DNA of 64,000 bases from an uncultured virus (IMG/VR IMGVR_UViG_3300042866_001374) (taxonomy: Duplodnaviria; Heunggongvirae; Uroviricota; Caudoviricetes). Position numbers and translations under genes: made by a program. Each line of letters starts with the position of its first letter. The stretch's first letter is position 1. The notes below the pieces were generated by a model. That model saw only the letters and a program-made list of their open reading frames with translations, was not told the DNA's origin and did no database searches. Below are positions 9,218 to 21,000 of the stretch, piece by piece. Location of the stretch: the IMG/VR virus record IMGVR_UViG_3300042866_001374; one strand, given 5' to 3'.

Positions 9218-11119
9218 TTAGTTACAATTCCAACGACGAAGTGCTTTGTTGATTCTAGAATCTGGATCTCTAGAAGTTTCTGCAGAAGTCAATTTTGACT
9301 TCATGCCTTTCATGCGACTACAAAAATTTGAACGACGTTTTGCTCTTTTTCCTTCTGGATTTTTTTCAGTTACTGCAGTTTGTAACTTTGAACCTGGATT
9401 TTCACGACGATATGCATTTACTGCTTTTTTGCTCAATCCATCGGTTTTATCTTGACGATTAACTTTTTGCCAATCTTCATCAACCTCGAATTCTTCGCCC
9501 ATTGGCTTTACATAATTTTTATTTGGTCCTGGTTTACCAAGATTTCCTCCATGATAACCAACTCTAACGATTGGAGCATCAATTGCAGAATAGTTGCTTG
9601 CAATATCAGTAATACCAAAGGTAATTACTTTTCCACCAGGATAAATCTTTTCAACTTCCCTTTGAACATCTTTTTTAGATGGCATTTTTGCCTGAGGGAA
9701 GAACATTGTAAGTTGTTGTGTTCTTCCTCTCCACATTACAATTGCTGCAATTAAATTACCAAATTCTGCAGGAAGTCTTACTGCTTCTCCAATTTCATGC
9801 TCTTCCTTATTCATTAATTGTCGAGCAAGATCATTTGCTCTTCTTTGTTGTCCACGATAAAGTTTTTGTCTTGCATCAGAACTTGCTCTGGCAGTATCAC
9901 GATCCGCAACTGTTTTAATTTTGCTACGAATTGTATTTGCTTGTCTGCGCTTTTTGGGATCTGGTGAATTACTTAAAACTTTTGCTCTTCTTTCTGCTTT
10001 CTCTTCACCAGTCTTTCCTGAATATCTAAATTCACCTGCTTGACGAGTCACAGGAATTTTTGCTTCGTCAATTTCATATTCTTCATTTTTACCTGCCATA
10101 TAATTTGCTGCAGAATCCATGTAGTCTGTAGCAAGAGTAATTTTTGATTGTACCCAAGCAGGCACTTGCATTTTTGGATTTTTAATCTCTTCCCTCAAAC
10201 GCTTACAATGCATTTCAATTTGTTCTAATTGATTTAGAATCATTGAACCTTCATCATCCAGTTCTTTACCCATAGCAATATCGACATGGTTTTCAACATT
10301 CAATGTTTTTGGATAACCTTTTTGTCCTGGTTTTTTGCGAGGTAGTCCTTTTTCTCTACGATCATGAATGTTATCCCACAATCCTTTTTTCTCATCTATT
10401 ACATCTTGTGGTGTAATTAGATCAATAAATTCTACAAATTTATTGCCAAACATATCTTCTATTGTCACACTTTCTGAAGTTGTAGATTTTGATTCAACTT
10501 TTTTTAATTTTGTATAATAATCTGGAACTTCATCTAAATGCTGAAGTGCAGTAATCCTTGCTGCAGTTTTATTTGAAGTATGTTCTCCTTCTACCTTAAT
10601 ACCCATCTCAAGTTGCTTTTTAATTTCTTCAACTGATACATTATGCTTTGCAGCAATTTCTTTTGGAGATTTATATTTTTTAACTGGTCCTTTAGGATCT
10701 CTTTCTTCCTTTACTGTACAATCATCATTCCCATGAATTGGACAATTTTTTCCTTTTTTAGAATGATTGCATTCTTTCTCTTCTGCGACTGGTTTACCAA
10801 TTCCTACTTCAGTTCTTTTAGTTCCAGTTGGTTGTCCATCAATCTTAAATCCTGATGGAATTTTTTTACATTGTTTATCTGTATTGCACCAATAGTGACC
10901 CTTACCACACATCTCTTCACCAAGAACTAACTCTGCTAAAGATGGTTGATATTCATTTTTTAATGGTAAAGACACCGCTGCTGAAGGTCTTAATTTTTTT
11001 GCAGCAACCTTTGCTTCATTTTCATTAGGAGATTTTGTCATACTCCTAATTTTTTCTTGTTTTTGTGCATCTTTATGGGTTGCTTTATTAATATTAAAAC
11101 TCGTCATCTTTTTGGACAA
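9218..11119 (-). CDS. Modular highly charged protein, probable capsid-internal protein
   Basis: Late promoter at 11130-11137; several short modules (MGIKVEGEH...QHLDEVPDYYTKL; GLWDNIH; RRSNFCSRM...KALRRWNC) separated by xxE motifs. Confidence 0.75.
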   Translation of the reverse strand: MSKKMTSFNINKATHKDAQKQEKIRSMTKSPNENEAKVAAKKLRPSAAVSLPLKNEYQPSLAELVLGEEMCGKGHYWCNTDKQCKKIPSGFKIDGQPTGTKRTEVGIGKPVAEEKECNHSKKGKNCPIHGNDDCTVKEERDPKGPVKKYKSPKEIAAKHNVSVEEIKKQLEMGIKVEGEHTSNKTAARITALQHLDEVPDYYTKLKKVESKSTTSESVTIEDMFGNKFVEFIDLITPQDVIDEKKGLWDNIHDRREKGLPRKKPGQKGYPKTLNVENHVDIAMGKELDDEGSMILNQLEQIEMHCKRLREEIKNPKMQVPAWVQSKITLATDYMDSAANYMAGKNEEYEIDEAKIPVTRQAGEFRYSGKTGEEKAERRAKVLSNSPDPKKRRQANTIRSKIKTVADRDTARASSDARQKLYRGQQRRANDLARQLMNKEEHEIGEAVRLPAEFGNLIAAIVMWRGRTQQLTMFFPQAKMPSKKDVQREVEKIYPGGKVITFGITDIASNYSAIDAPIVRVGYHGGNLGKPGPNKNYVKPMGEEFEVDEDWQKVNRQDKTDGLSKKAVNAYRRENPGSKLQTAVTEKNPEGKRAKRRSNFCSRMKGMKSKLTSAETSRDPDSRINKALRRWNCN

Positions 11120-11128
11120 ACCTTTTTT

Positions 11129-11560
11129 CTATTTATCTGGAAGATCATTTCCCTTTTGTTTCTTTAGAAATTTAGATAACTCATCAGTAGAACCAAAAAA
11201 TACTGAATTATTGGTAACATTAGTTGTGCTCCCTCTTTTAGAATTATTATCATCAAGATCTTTTAATTTCTTTTGAAGGTCTAATAACTTATCAGTTGCA
11301 TCTGCAACATTTTTAATTAACTGTCCAACAACTTCATATGCTCTAGGTTGACCACCATCAATAGCTAATTCTAAAGCACTGTTTAGTGCTTCTTGTCCCT
11401 TCTCTATAATTGAATACAAATTACCTCTAGTATATTCATAATCTTTAGTTACATCAAAGTCATCACTTTTAATATCTTTAGATACCTCGGCAGTTTCTTT
11501 TTTTACTATTGATGATTCAACATCAAAAGCACTACTTAAATTTTCAAATTTATCTTTCAT
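11129..11560 (-). CDS. gp16: Terminase small subunit
   Basis: DYEYTRGNLYSIIEKGQEA, PRAYEV, NNSVFFGSTDEL; second ATG fits right after the gp15 stop. Confidence 0.93.
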   Translation of the reverse strand: MKDKFENLSSAFDVESSIVKKETAEVSKDIKSDDFDVTKDYEYTRGNLYSIIEKGQEALNSALELAIDGGQPRAYEVVGQLIKNVADATDKLLDLQKKLKDLDDNNSKRGSTTNVTNNSVFFGSTDELSKFLKKQKGNDLPDK

Positions 11561-11564
11561 AACA

Positions 11565-12554
11565 TTATCCATTAAATCCAAAATCGTCTCCAGCAATAAT
11601 TAAACTATTATCTGCTGAAGAAATTAAATAAACACCACTTCCACCAACGTGCTCAACATTATCTGTTTTATAAGCACCTCTAGTTACAGTTAGAGTATTG
11701 CCATTTTTTGATCTTACATAAATTGTTTCATCATCAATTGTAATGTAAGATTGCTCTGGAATATTTGATGCATTAGTTACTTCAAGTGTCGATAATGTAT
11801 CTGTAATGTCAATTGCTAAATTTGTTACCAAGTTACCTGCATAACTCTTTGTAGCAACTGGTTCTTTGTAGATTAATCCTCTTGATGCTGCAGTGCTGTA
11901 TTCTCCACCAGCAATACCAATAGAAACCTTTTTGATAATATCTTTTGAAGAATCTGGAACTGGTCCAAACAAATATGTTTTAGCAACAAATTTTAAGGTA
12001 TAAAGTAAAACTCTTCTTGAATTGTAATCACCATCATAGTTATCTTGGAATGATACATTTTCTAAAGATATTGGAATATCTCTTTTTTCACCTATAGATT
12101 CTACAAGATCAATTGTAAGAGTAAAATTTGGTTGAAAATATGGAAGTATTTGTTCAATAATTTGAAGAGCATCATCATTCAAAAGAGTCATTATGGATAA
12201 CTCAAATTCCATATTGTATGGAACTGGGAAATACATTCTACGTATTTCTTTACCGTCATTCTTTAAACTAGTAGTAAAAGCTTGTGTTGCTGCCAACTTT
12301 CTGGTATTGTCATAAGAAATGCCAGTAAACTCAAATGACATTCTTGGCAAACTAATTTGAACAGGTTTATTCAAATCTGGTTCTTGTTCAATTCTAGCCA
12401 GAAATTTTTGTGTTGGACCATAAGCTAAAGGAACTTGTATTATTTCAGAAGGATCATTACCAGAACCATCTCTTTTTATTGTAATACCATTAAAAAGTGT
12501 TCCGAATGCAATAACAGTTTTTCTAAAGACTTGGTGATAAAAATGATCAAACAT
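11565..12554 (-). CDS. gp15: Tail sheath stabilizer/terminator with C-terminal extra domain
   Basis: FGTLFN, VPLAYGPTQKFLAR, LPRMSFE, QIIEQILPYFQP. Confidence 0.95.
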   Translation of the reverse strand: MFDHFYHQVFRKTVIAFGTLFNGITIKRDGSGNDPSEIIQVPLAYGPTQKFLARIEQEPDLNKPVQISLPRMSFEFTGISYDNTRKLAATQAFTTSLKNDGKEIRRMYFPVPYNMEFELSIMTLLNDDALQIIEQILPYFQPNFTLTIDLVESIGEKRDIPISLENVSFQDNYDGDYNSRRVLLYTLKFVAKTYLFGPVPDSSKDIIKKVSIGIAGGEYSTAASRGLIYKEPVATKSYAGNLVTNLAIDITDTLSTLEVTNASNIPEQSYITIDDETIYVRSKNGNTLTVTRGAYKTDNVEHVGGSGVYLISSADNSLIIAGDDFGFNG

Positions 12555-12570
12555 TGTTTATATCTCTCCT

Positions 12571-13971
12571 TTATGGAATCCCAAATGGATTTGTTTCACT
12601 AAAATCTATAATTTGATCTGCTTCGATTTCAATATCTTGATTTTGAGCAAATTTATTTTCAGGGATATTATTCTTATTTAGAATTGTAACTGCATATGCT
12701 GCTCCACTAACTTGTCCAATTATTGCTTCACCTTCAATAAAATCACCTAAAATATTACCAAGTTTTAGTATTTTATTGACGCCATCCCAAGATTTGACTT
12801 TTGCTCTAGAACTACTTGCAGCACCGATTACATTTTCATTGTATAAGTACGTTCCATACCCAACTGTTTGTTGTGGACCTGCAATAATAATTGTTGGAAT
12901 CCCTTCATAAAAACCACCAGCATCTTCAAGAATAATTCCAGTTACAGTTCCTGCAGTTGACACAATTGCTTTACCGACAGCATTAATTGTAGTACTTCCA
13001 ATACCAGGTTTTACAAATGTGACTGTAGGAATACCAATATATCCACTACCACCACTAGTTATTGTAATAATTCCAACTGCTCCATCAGATATTGATGCAG
13101 TAGCGTATGCGCCCTTACCACCTCCACCAACAAAAGTAACTCTTGGTGGAGTTGTATAACCATATCCTGAATTAATAATGTTGACTGCTTGAACTCTTGA
13201 AGTGTCTGGACTTGTATCACAAAAATCAACAATTCCTTTAATCATTGAGGCAATGCCAACAGCAGTTAATCCACCAGAAGGTGCAGAAGTAATTGCAACC
13301 CTAGGAATAGAACTATATCCAGATCCTCTTCTAGATACAGCAATTCTCCTTACGGAACCATTTCGTAGACTTGTGATCGCAGTAGCGGTCGAACCCAAAC
13401 CAACCATGTTGAAAGTTTGAATATAACCTTCATCACTAATATTATCATCAATCTCAAGAATTCCAGTATCAATTTCTTCATCATTATATGCATATAGTTC
13501 ACATCTCAATTCATAAACATAATTTTTTTGCAGCTGATAAAATGGTTTTTCATGCTCAACATACTTAATTTCAAATAAACGATCACCTAAAGGAAAATAT
13601 ATCAAATCTCCTTCTTTAGGTCTACTTGTTAATTTTGATTTATTTCTTATTTCTATAAATGGTCTAACAGCAATCTCGTAACGTTCTTGTGATATTATTA
13701 AATTTAAATCATCAACTTCTTGAACTCCAAATTTGGATAGTAAAGTTCCAGCACCACTATATCCATCATAAGTATCTACATACGCTTCTATAGGAATAGC
13801 ATCTCTAAATTCTGATCTAGATACTTCTTCCATAATAGTTTTTTCATTTACAAAGATTCTGGGGATGTAATATATTTCAACCCCAAACATTTTTAAATGT
13901 TCATTTACTAAATCTTGGATTAAATTCTGTTCTCCAGAAGAACCATGTAAAAAAAATGGATTTAATGCCAT
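12571..13971 (-). CDS. gp14: Neck protein with Gly-rich insertion
   Basis: EQNLIQDLVNE, SKFG, RPKEGDLIYFP, FEIKYVEHEKPFYQL, DFSETNPFG. Confidence 0.95.
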   Translation of the reverse strand: MALNPFFLHGSSGEQNLIQDLVNEHLKMFGVEIYYIPRIFVNEKTIMEEVSRSEFRDAIPIEAYVDTYDGYSGAGTLLSKFGVQEVDDLNLIISQERYEIAVRPFIEIRNKSKLTSRPKEGDLIYFPLGDRLFEIKYVEHEKPFYQLQKNYVYELRCELYAYNDEEIDTGILEIDDNISDEGYIQTFNMVGLGSTATAITSLRNGSVRRIAVSRRGSGYSSIPRVAITSAPSGGLTAVGIASMIKGIVDFCDTSPDTSRVQAVNIINSGYGYTTPPRVTFVGGGGKGAYATASISDGAVGIITITSGGSGYIGIPTVTFVKPGIGSTTINAVGKAIVSTAGTVTGIILEDAGGFYEGIPTIIIAGPQQTVGYGTYLYNENVIGAASSSRAKVKSWDGVNKILKLGNILGDFIEGEAIIGQVSGAAYAVTILNKNNIPENKFAQNQDIEIEADQIIDFSETNPFGIP

Positions 13972-13975
13972 ATGA

Positions 13976-14815
13976 TTAACCTATCATATCTAATGGTGGT
14001 AATTCATAAGTTGATGACATCTTCGACATAATTTCACTCAATTCCTTTTCACCATCATCATAAATCTGTCTTCCATTTAATTCCACGCCACCTGGTAATT
14101 TAACTCCTTGGAATTTTATGAGGTTTTGTCCCCATTGCTTTTTAATTAATGCTGTTAAGTATGGTTTTAAAAAGGAATCATTCCAAATTCTTGGAGATTC
14201 GGTAGGGTCTAAGATTCTATAACAATCTATAATTAGATACTGTCCTGGAGTAATAGCAGACCAGTCTACATCAAGATATAACCTATCTTGTCTTTGATTA
14301 AATCTAATTTGTTTTTGCGTTGTCAATAAGAAATCAATATCTTCCAAATATCTTTTAACCATTGAATATGTCAATAATTCAACTGACCCCCAATAGTAAA
14401 TATCATTCAAAAATAATTGATATTTAATACTAAACATTCCGCTTGATAATGAATTAGAACCCTCAAAACTAAGAACCTTATTAACACCAATTACATGAGG
14501 TGGTATTTGAATATAGTTACTTGTTTCAAAGTAATTAAAAGTTTTTGCAACACCAACAATATTAGTTGTTGTTGAAGTTACTGCTATTCCAGGACCACCA
14601 AATTTAGCTCGTCCCCTATCAATATCTTCTTGAGTTACTTGATACTTTAGATAAGTTTGGGTTACTCCATCAAAATGACGCTCATAAAAAAATTGCAAGG
14701 CATCATCAACTAAGTCTTCAATCTGCTCATCAGCAACATTTATTTCAAGGACTGGATATCCAAGTTTTCTCTTGCAGTAATCTATAAGTTCTTGTCTAGA
14801 TGTTGGTTGAGCCAT
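13976..14815 (-). CDS. gp13: Neck protein
   Basis: YCKRKLGYPVLEINV, KKQWGQNLIKFQGVKLPGGVELNG. Confidence 0.96.
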   Translation of the reverse strand: MAQPTSRQELIDYCKRKLGYPVLEINVADEQIEDLVDDALQFFYERHFDGVTQTYLKYQVTQEDIDRGRAKFGGPGIAVTSTTTNIVGVAKTFNYFETSNYIQIPPHVIGVNKVLSFEGSNSLSSGMFSIKYQLFLNDIYYWGSVELLTYSMVKRYLEDIDFLLTTQKQIRFNQRQDRLYLDVDWSAITPGQYLIIDCYRILDPTESPRIWNDSFLKPYLTALIKKQWGQNLIKFQGVKLPGGVELNGRQIYDDGEKELSEIMSKMSSTYELPPLDMIG

Positions 14816-14837
14816 GTTTTAGTACCTTTATTGATTA

Positions 14838-15065
14838 TTATTTTAATAATGATTTCAATAAATCTTTAATTTCATTAATGTCATTTTTTAAAGAGGACAA
14901 ATCAGACTCAATTTGATCCATCCTCATTTTTTCCAAAGACTTTGTTTTTTTCAAAGATTTATAATGGTCATATCCTTTTTTATCAGTATTAATAATTGCA
15001 TTGCTACGAATATCTCTTACGAGATTGCTGTGATTTTCTACCTTTACGTGATAGTTGTCGTTCAT
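14838..15065 (-). CDS. Small coiled-coil hypothetical protein
   Basis: VENHSNLVRD...IINTD, heptad C-terminus; fills the gap between the large virion gene and gp13. Confidence 0.75.
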   Translation of the reverse strand: MNDNYHVKVENHSNLVRDIRSNAIINTDKKGYDHYKSLKKTKSLEKMRMDQIESDLSSLKNDINEIKDLLKSLLK

Positions 15066-15066
15066 G

Positions 15067-18000
15067 TTATGCAAGTGCAATTACTCTTAAATCTTTAATT
15101 CTTGGAGGATATGCTTGATTTGTTGAAGAACCAATTATTTTAATACTAAAGTATCTAAATTCTGGTAATCCATCAATACTAAATTCATAATCTCTAAATA
15201 CCAAGTTTGCAGAATCTGCAGATAAAATGTCAGTTTTTGGTACATTTTTATCTGGTTTACCACTATTTTGACCCACATTAATAATATTTCCATTAGTATC
15301 TAAATTATCATATCCAGGGAATGGATAATAAATTGGTTCAACAGATGGATCATTACTAATTGAATAGAGTACTCTTACATCATTATATGTGTTAACATAT
15401 GCAGCAAATATAACTTTTATTGAAGTAGCTGCATTTTCCAATTCAACTGGTTTATTTGCATATATGAATGCTGATGGATCTTCTGTAATAGAGGAAACTC
15501 TAGGGTCATTTATATAATCTGTTATTTGACTATCAATTCTATTTGATATAAGAACCATACCAATTCTATCAAGGTCAATAACAGGAGAGATTTTTGGATT
15601 TGAAGTTGATAATGTAAATGTTAACTCCATTGACTTATTTCCTGGGAAATTAGTTGTTTGAGTTAATTCATTGACTCTAGATGCAATTATTCTTGGTTCT
15701 GGTAAATATGTATCCTCACTTAAATTAATTGGAGTTGCCTCTGTTTCGACAAATGAGATTTCATTACCATCAACACTTGTACCAGTAATTCCTTTTAAAG
15801 TTGCCTTAACTGATGTTCCAGGTAAAACCATAGTTTGAACTATTGGATTTACAGTTTCATATTGTATATTTTGTGTTGCTTGAATAGCATCTCCACCACT
15901 AGACTTCGATGAATTAATATAAAGTTTAGGGAAGGAAGACCCAGAACTTCTATCTATTCCATTTTCACTTGTGTTAATTCTAATATAATAACTATCAAGG
16001 TCTACTGGTCTTTCAACTAAAGCATCTTGTAAATAATGGAGTTTATTGATTCTTCTTAATGAAATGCCATTGTTTTCATATTTTTGAATACTAGTTCTGT
16101 TTGGATAACTGAATGCTCCAGTTCCCTCAACAGATCTTGTAATACCAATTAATTGACCATTTGCAACACCAGTATATGAAATAATTTCATTATCCAAAAG
16201 TGCATATCCTGGATTTGTGGCACCAATTGATACATTTTCAAATACTTCAAATCCAGTAGTATTTGCAATACTAATCGGACCAGAGTCGGAATTATTATAA
16301 TCAGCAGTTAATACTGTTGGTTTAGAATCTCCTTTAACGCCACTAATTCTAACAACGTTTGTTGTAGAGTGCATAGCATGATTCTTATGATTTATTTTAA
16401 TATGTAAACCATCTTCAGAAAGAGATGCTAATTCAAAATCGTTTATAACAGAGTTTGACCCAGTAGCATTTAATATTGTAGTTATTCCTGTGGTAGGACT
16501 TATATATTGTAATGGTTTAGAAGCATTAATTTCAAATTCTCCCTGAACATTATCGAGTATTAATTGATTTGCTCCAACAACATTTGATAAAGATAATTGA
16601 AGATTTCTACCTAAAGAATCATTTCCAATTGAAGGAACTGTCAACACGTCTCCAATTTGATATCCATATCCACCATCTCGTATTGTTGCTGCAAGAGCAA
16701 CTCCATTTACTCCACTTGCCTGTCCAATGGTAATATCTGCAGTAGCATTTTTACCATTTCCACTAAAAGAACTTAGTGGTACATTATTAAATGTGAATGA
16801 TGTACCATTCGATGGAGTATAACCAATACCAGCATTAATAATAACTAATGAACCAGTTGCAGATCCTCCTACACCAACATAATCACCTCTAGCAGTAGTA
16901 TTTTGTTGAATAATAGTATTTCCAAGAACTAATGGAGATGTGTTGATAATATTATTTGTGCTAATAATAAGTTTTTTAGCATCAAATTCCAAAGCGTCCT
17001 TAACTAAGGTTGCAATTTGCTTATTACCAGTATTTAATTCTGGATTATAGAATGATACTGTTCCTGATTCTTCTATAAACGATGCTGAATAAAGATTAAA
17101 CTTTAAATCTTCATATTGGCTTGGTGTCCATGATGATCCATTTTGAGATTTAAATAATGACCCCAAATATGGTTGAGCAGAAACAATAACTTGTCTAGAT
17201 TCTGGTTGAAGTAATGTAGAAATATCAGTCTCTCCCATTCTTGAAATCCAAACTGTGTATTCGTTTGAATTTGACAGCAATACGACAGCATGATCTGTAT
17301 TTGTATGCAGATATACTGGTGATGGGAAATTAACCCTAGTTGGTCTAGTAGCGTCAAATGTTTCAATAACATCATCAGATTCTACAACTGCTTCTCCAAA
17401 AGGATATATTTGGTCAGAAGGAACTCCATTAACCATAGGACGCAACTGAACAGTTACTGGCAGTAATGGGTCTTTAGTTCTGAAATAAAGATCTACTCCC
17501 GTAATGAATGCTCCAGCCTCATCATTAACTGTAAATGATTGTGCAAGAGGATCTTTTCCACCCCTTGGTCTTGGGGGATCGGGTGGATTTCTTGGCGGTG
17601 GTGGTGGCGGTGGTGGTGGCGGCGGTGGTGGCGGCGTGGGTGGTCTAGGTGTAACTGGAGTTCCTGGGAAACTAACTTGAGGTGTTGGTGGTGGTGGAGA
17701 TGGAGATGGTGGTGGTGGTGGAGGTGGTGGTGGAAGCGGCGTAATACTTTGGGTAGTAGAGTTACTAACTGTAGTTGTTGATTGAACATCAGTAGCGGGT
17801 CTACTTTCGCTTGAAGCAACGACATCAAATCTTGGTTTTCTTGTAGATCTTATCGTTTCTTGCATATTATTAATTGTTCCAGAAGCAAAATATGCCTCTT
17901 GTCCAGAAGTTGATGTTAAACCACCTAAAGAACTATTTGAAGACTGTGATGTTAATCTAAAGATTTTTGTTCCAACTTCAAAAGATGGATTTGAAGGTAG

Positions 18001-21000
18001 ATTGGGATCTGGTATAAAGAATGAACCAAGAACGGTTCCTACATTATCACTAAACAATCTAACAGAAATAACTTCTGCTTCAGCTGAAGCACTTCTCAAC
18101 CTCATTCCAGTGCGAATAAATCCACTATATAATGATTGATTATTTTCTGCCAAAGTTCTTGTATCGACATTTAACAAAATACTAGAACTCGAATAATTTG
18201 CAGGAATAGTATAACTTTCATCATATGGACTTGTAACAAAAATATCAGTAGGATTTGATATTGGACCATATTTATGATTAGAGTTTGCAACTCTAAATCT
18301 TATAGATGGTGTAGAACCTGTTGTTGCTGTTGTAGAACCAGTTGTCATGGTTCCAGTAACTAATTCGCCTACAGTAAATGAACCACTAAGCATTCTAATT
18401 TCAATTAGTTTTGGAATAATAAAATTGTTTACATCTTCACCATCAAAAAATCCATAGAGTCTTGTATATGGTCTAAATTTCCTACCAGTGAATTCAATAT
18501 TTCTAGACCTCATAAATGGAATTGTTGAGGTACTTACAACTCTATCCCCTTCATTTGTAGTTTGTACTTGCTCAGAAACTCTAAGTTGACTTCCAGATCT
18601 ATTTTCTGTGCCCGTTCTTGTTGTAGTAACAACTGTTGTAGTTTGTAATTGATTTGTAGTTACTAAAGCACTACCAGTATTTTGTGTACTAGAACCAGTT
18701 ACAACAGTATTGCTAGTTGTCGATGTACTAGATCCTGTCCAAGTAGATTGCCATGCTCCCCATCTAATAGGACCTAAACCAGTTTGTTGATCATATCCAG
18801 CATACTCTAATTGTAATCTGGTTTGTGTATAATCATCAACATCTATCCTAAGTGATTGTAGTCTAACCTGGTCTACCCAAATATCAGAAGATGGGAATAA
18901 TTGAATATTTCCAGTATATGTTACAACCAGGTATGGAGTAACATTTTCAACTCTTGTTGCAAAAGGTTGTGCAAATTGTAAAAATTCGCCATAATCTAGG
19001 GTAATAAGTTGACCTGTTCTCCTGATATTTGAACCAATAATATCAGTTACAAAAGCAGGATCTGCTGTTGGACTTGCTGTTGTTCCTATACCAAGAAGAG
19101 ATTTTGAACCAACTAAAAGATCTATAGATGTTGTAAAGTGAGATGGTCTCAATTCAAGATTTATAGGATCGATACTATTGGTAACTTTACCAATTTTAAG
19201 TTGAGATTTAGTTCCACTAAAATTATCTACATAAATTCCAGATTTAAATCTTGTCAGACCACTTTCATCAGGAATGAATAAAGATTCTGTTTTGGATTCT
19301 AAAATTGATAACGCTGTATAATATTCTAAATTTTTAATTCTATCTTCAAGTAAAGAGATATCTTGCATTCTATATCTCTTATGGGCATTTAATGATACTT
19401 GCACATTTTCTGTGCTACAAATATAAGGTGGCAGATTTATTGTAGCAACTTCAAGAGAGTCTTCTAAAGCAATTGGAGGTAAAGGAGTTTCGGAAGGAAC
19501 TCCTTTAATCAATTGAAATCCACCATCAATCTTCAAGAACAGTTTATCAATTCTTGGCAAATAGTGTGAATATGTAAGGATGATTGATTCATCCGAAGCT
19601 AAAATATTTTTAGATGAATTAGTTGCATCTTCAAATGCTCTAGAGGAAAATTCAAATGGAGAATAACTAGTTGAACTTGAATTAAATTTACGAACTCTTG
19701 GACGTATATCAAGTACATCAGTTAATCTTTCATTATTTTTAATTAATGGCAAATCACAATAATTAAATTGGTTATAAGAAGAAACTGTTGTAATATCTCC
19801 TTCTGTAGAATCACTATAAGTTGCAGACTCATATATAACTCTTAACTTTCTTCTTGGTTCTTTAGTATTTGGTTTTCTTACCAACCTAGAATAATCACAA
19901 ATAGTTTCTCTTTGACCAGAATCCAAAGTAAACCTATCAATAATATTTTCATCCCCAGGATCAAAATCATTTATAGAACCAGAAATTCCACTAGTCTCAG
20001 ACCTAATTACCTCACCAATTTCAAATCTAAGGTCATTTAGATATACTAATCCTATGGTAGAAGTTCCAACTTTTTCAACATAAAGTGCTACAGCACCACT
20101 TGTAGTTCCTATTAATTCTTCGCCAACAATAAAGTCATCAACCTTTCCAGTTGGACCATCAAGATTAAATAAACTTATAGAGGGTAGAGTGGGATTATTT
20201 GTATCATTTGCCTCATAAACAGCATACACTTTAGTTACATCTGGTTCAAGTAAACAAATTTCTTTATCTTGAACTCGTAAACCATACCCAAAACTACCAT
20301 ATTCTAATCCATCATCTAAAGTAGTTGAACCAATTCCAGATGCAGAAAGTATAGACTTATTAACAATAACTGAACCAGTTCTGTTTAAAGATTTTACCTT
20401 ATTAGTTACATTTATTTTACTAAGTGTTGCGATTAATCTTGCAGAACCAGAAACATTCAAACCAAATATTCTTAATTCTTTTCCACCATTACTAAATCTA
20501 AATTTATCTTCAGTTAGTTCCTCAAATCCACCAGTAGAATTTATTAAAACATATCTTTCTTCATCAAATGGTAAAAAGGTTTCATTTGACCCTGCTTGAA
20601 TTGTATTAGTTGCATTTGCAGTAATAATAACATTAAATTCTTTTCTAATTGATAATGTAGATTTTGTTAGATCGACATTAGCAATGAATTTTTTAGGTAA
20701 TGGTGTATATAATGAATTGTCTATGGATGATCTTAAATTTGCTCCAATTAAACTAAAATTATTGACTGATATTGAAGACGTTGGAAGTCCACCATCATTG
20801 ATATTTGCAACTGTAGTTATCCCAGCAATAACAATAGAATTACTGCTATTAATACTGGAAATTCTGGCATATGTTTTTACATTTGTGCTTCCTAAAAGTG
20901 GATTGCTAAATGATACCAAATCCCCAACTTTAGCAATAGTTCTAAAATCAAAATCAGAACTAGTTACAGTAGACACTCCTGGAGCAGTTCCAGATTTTGC

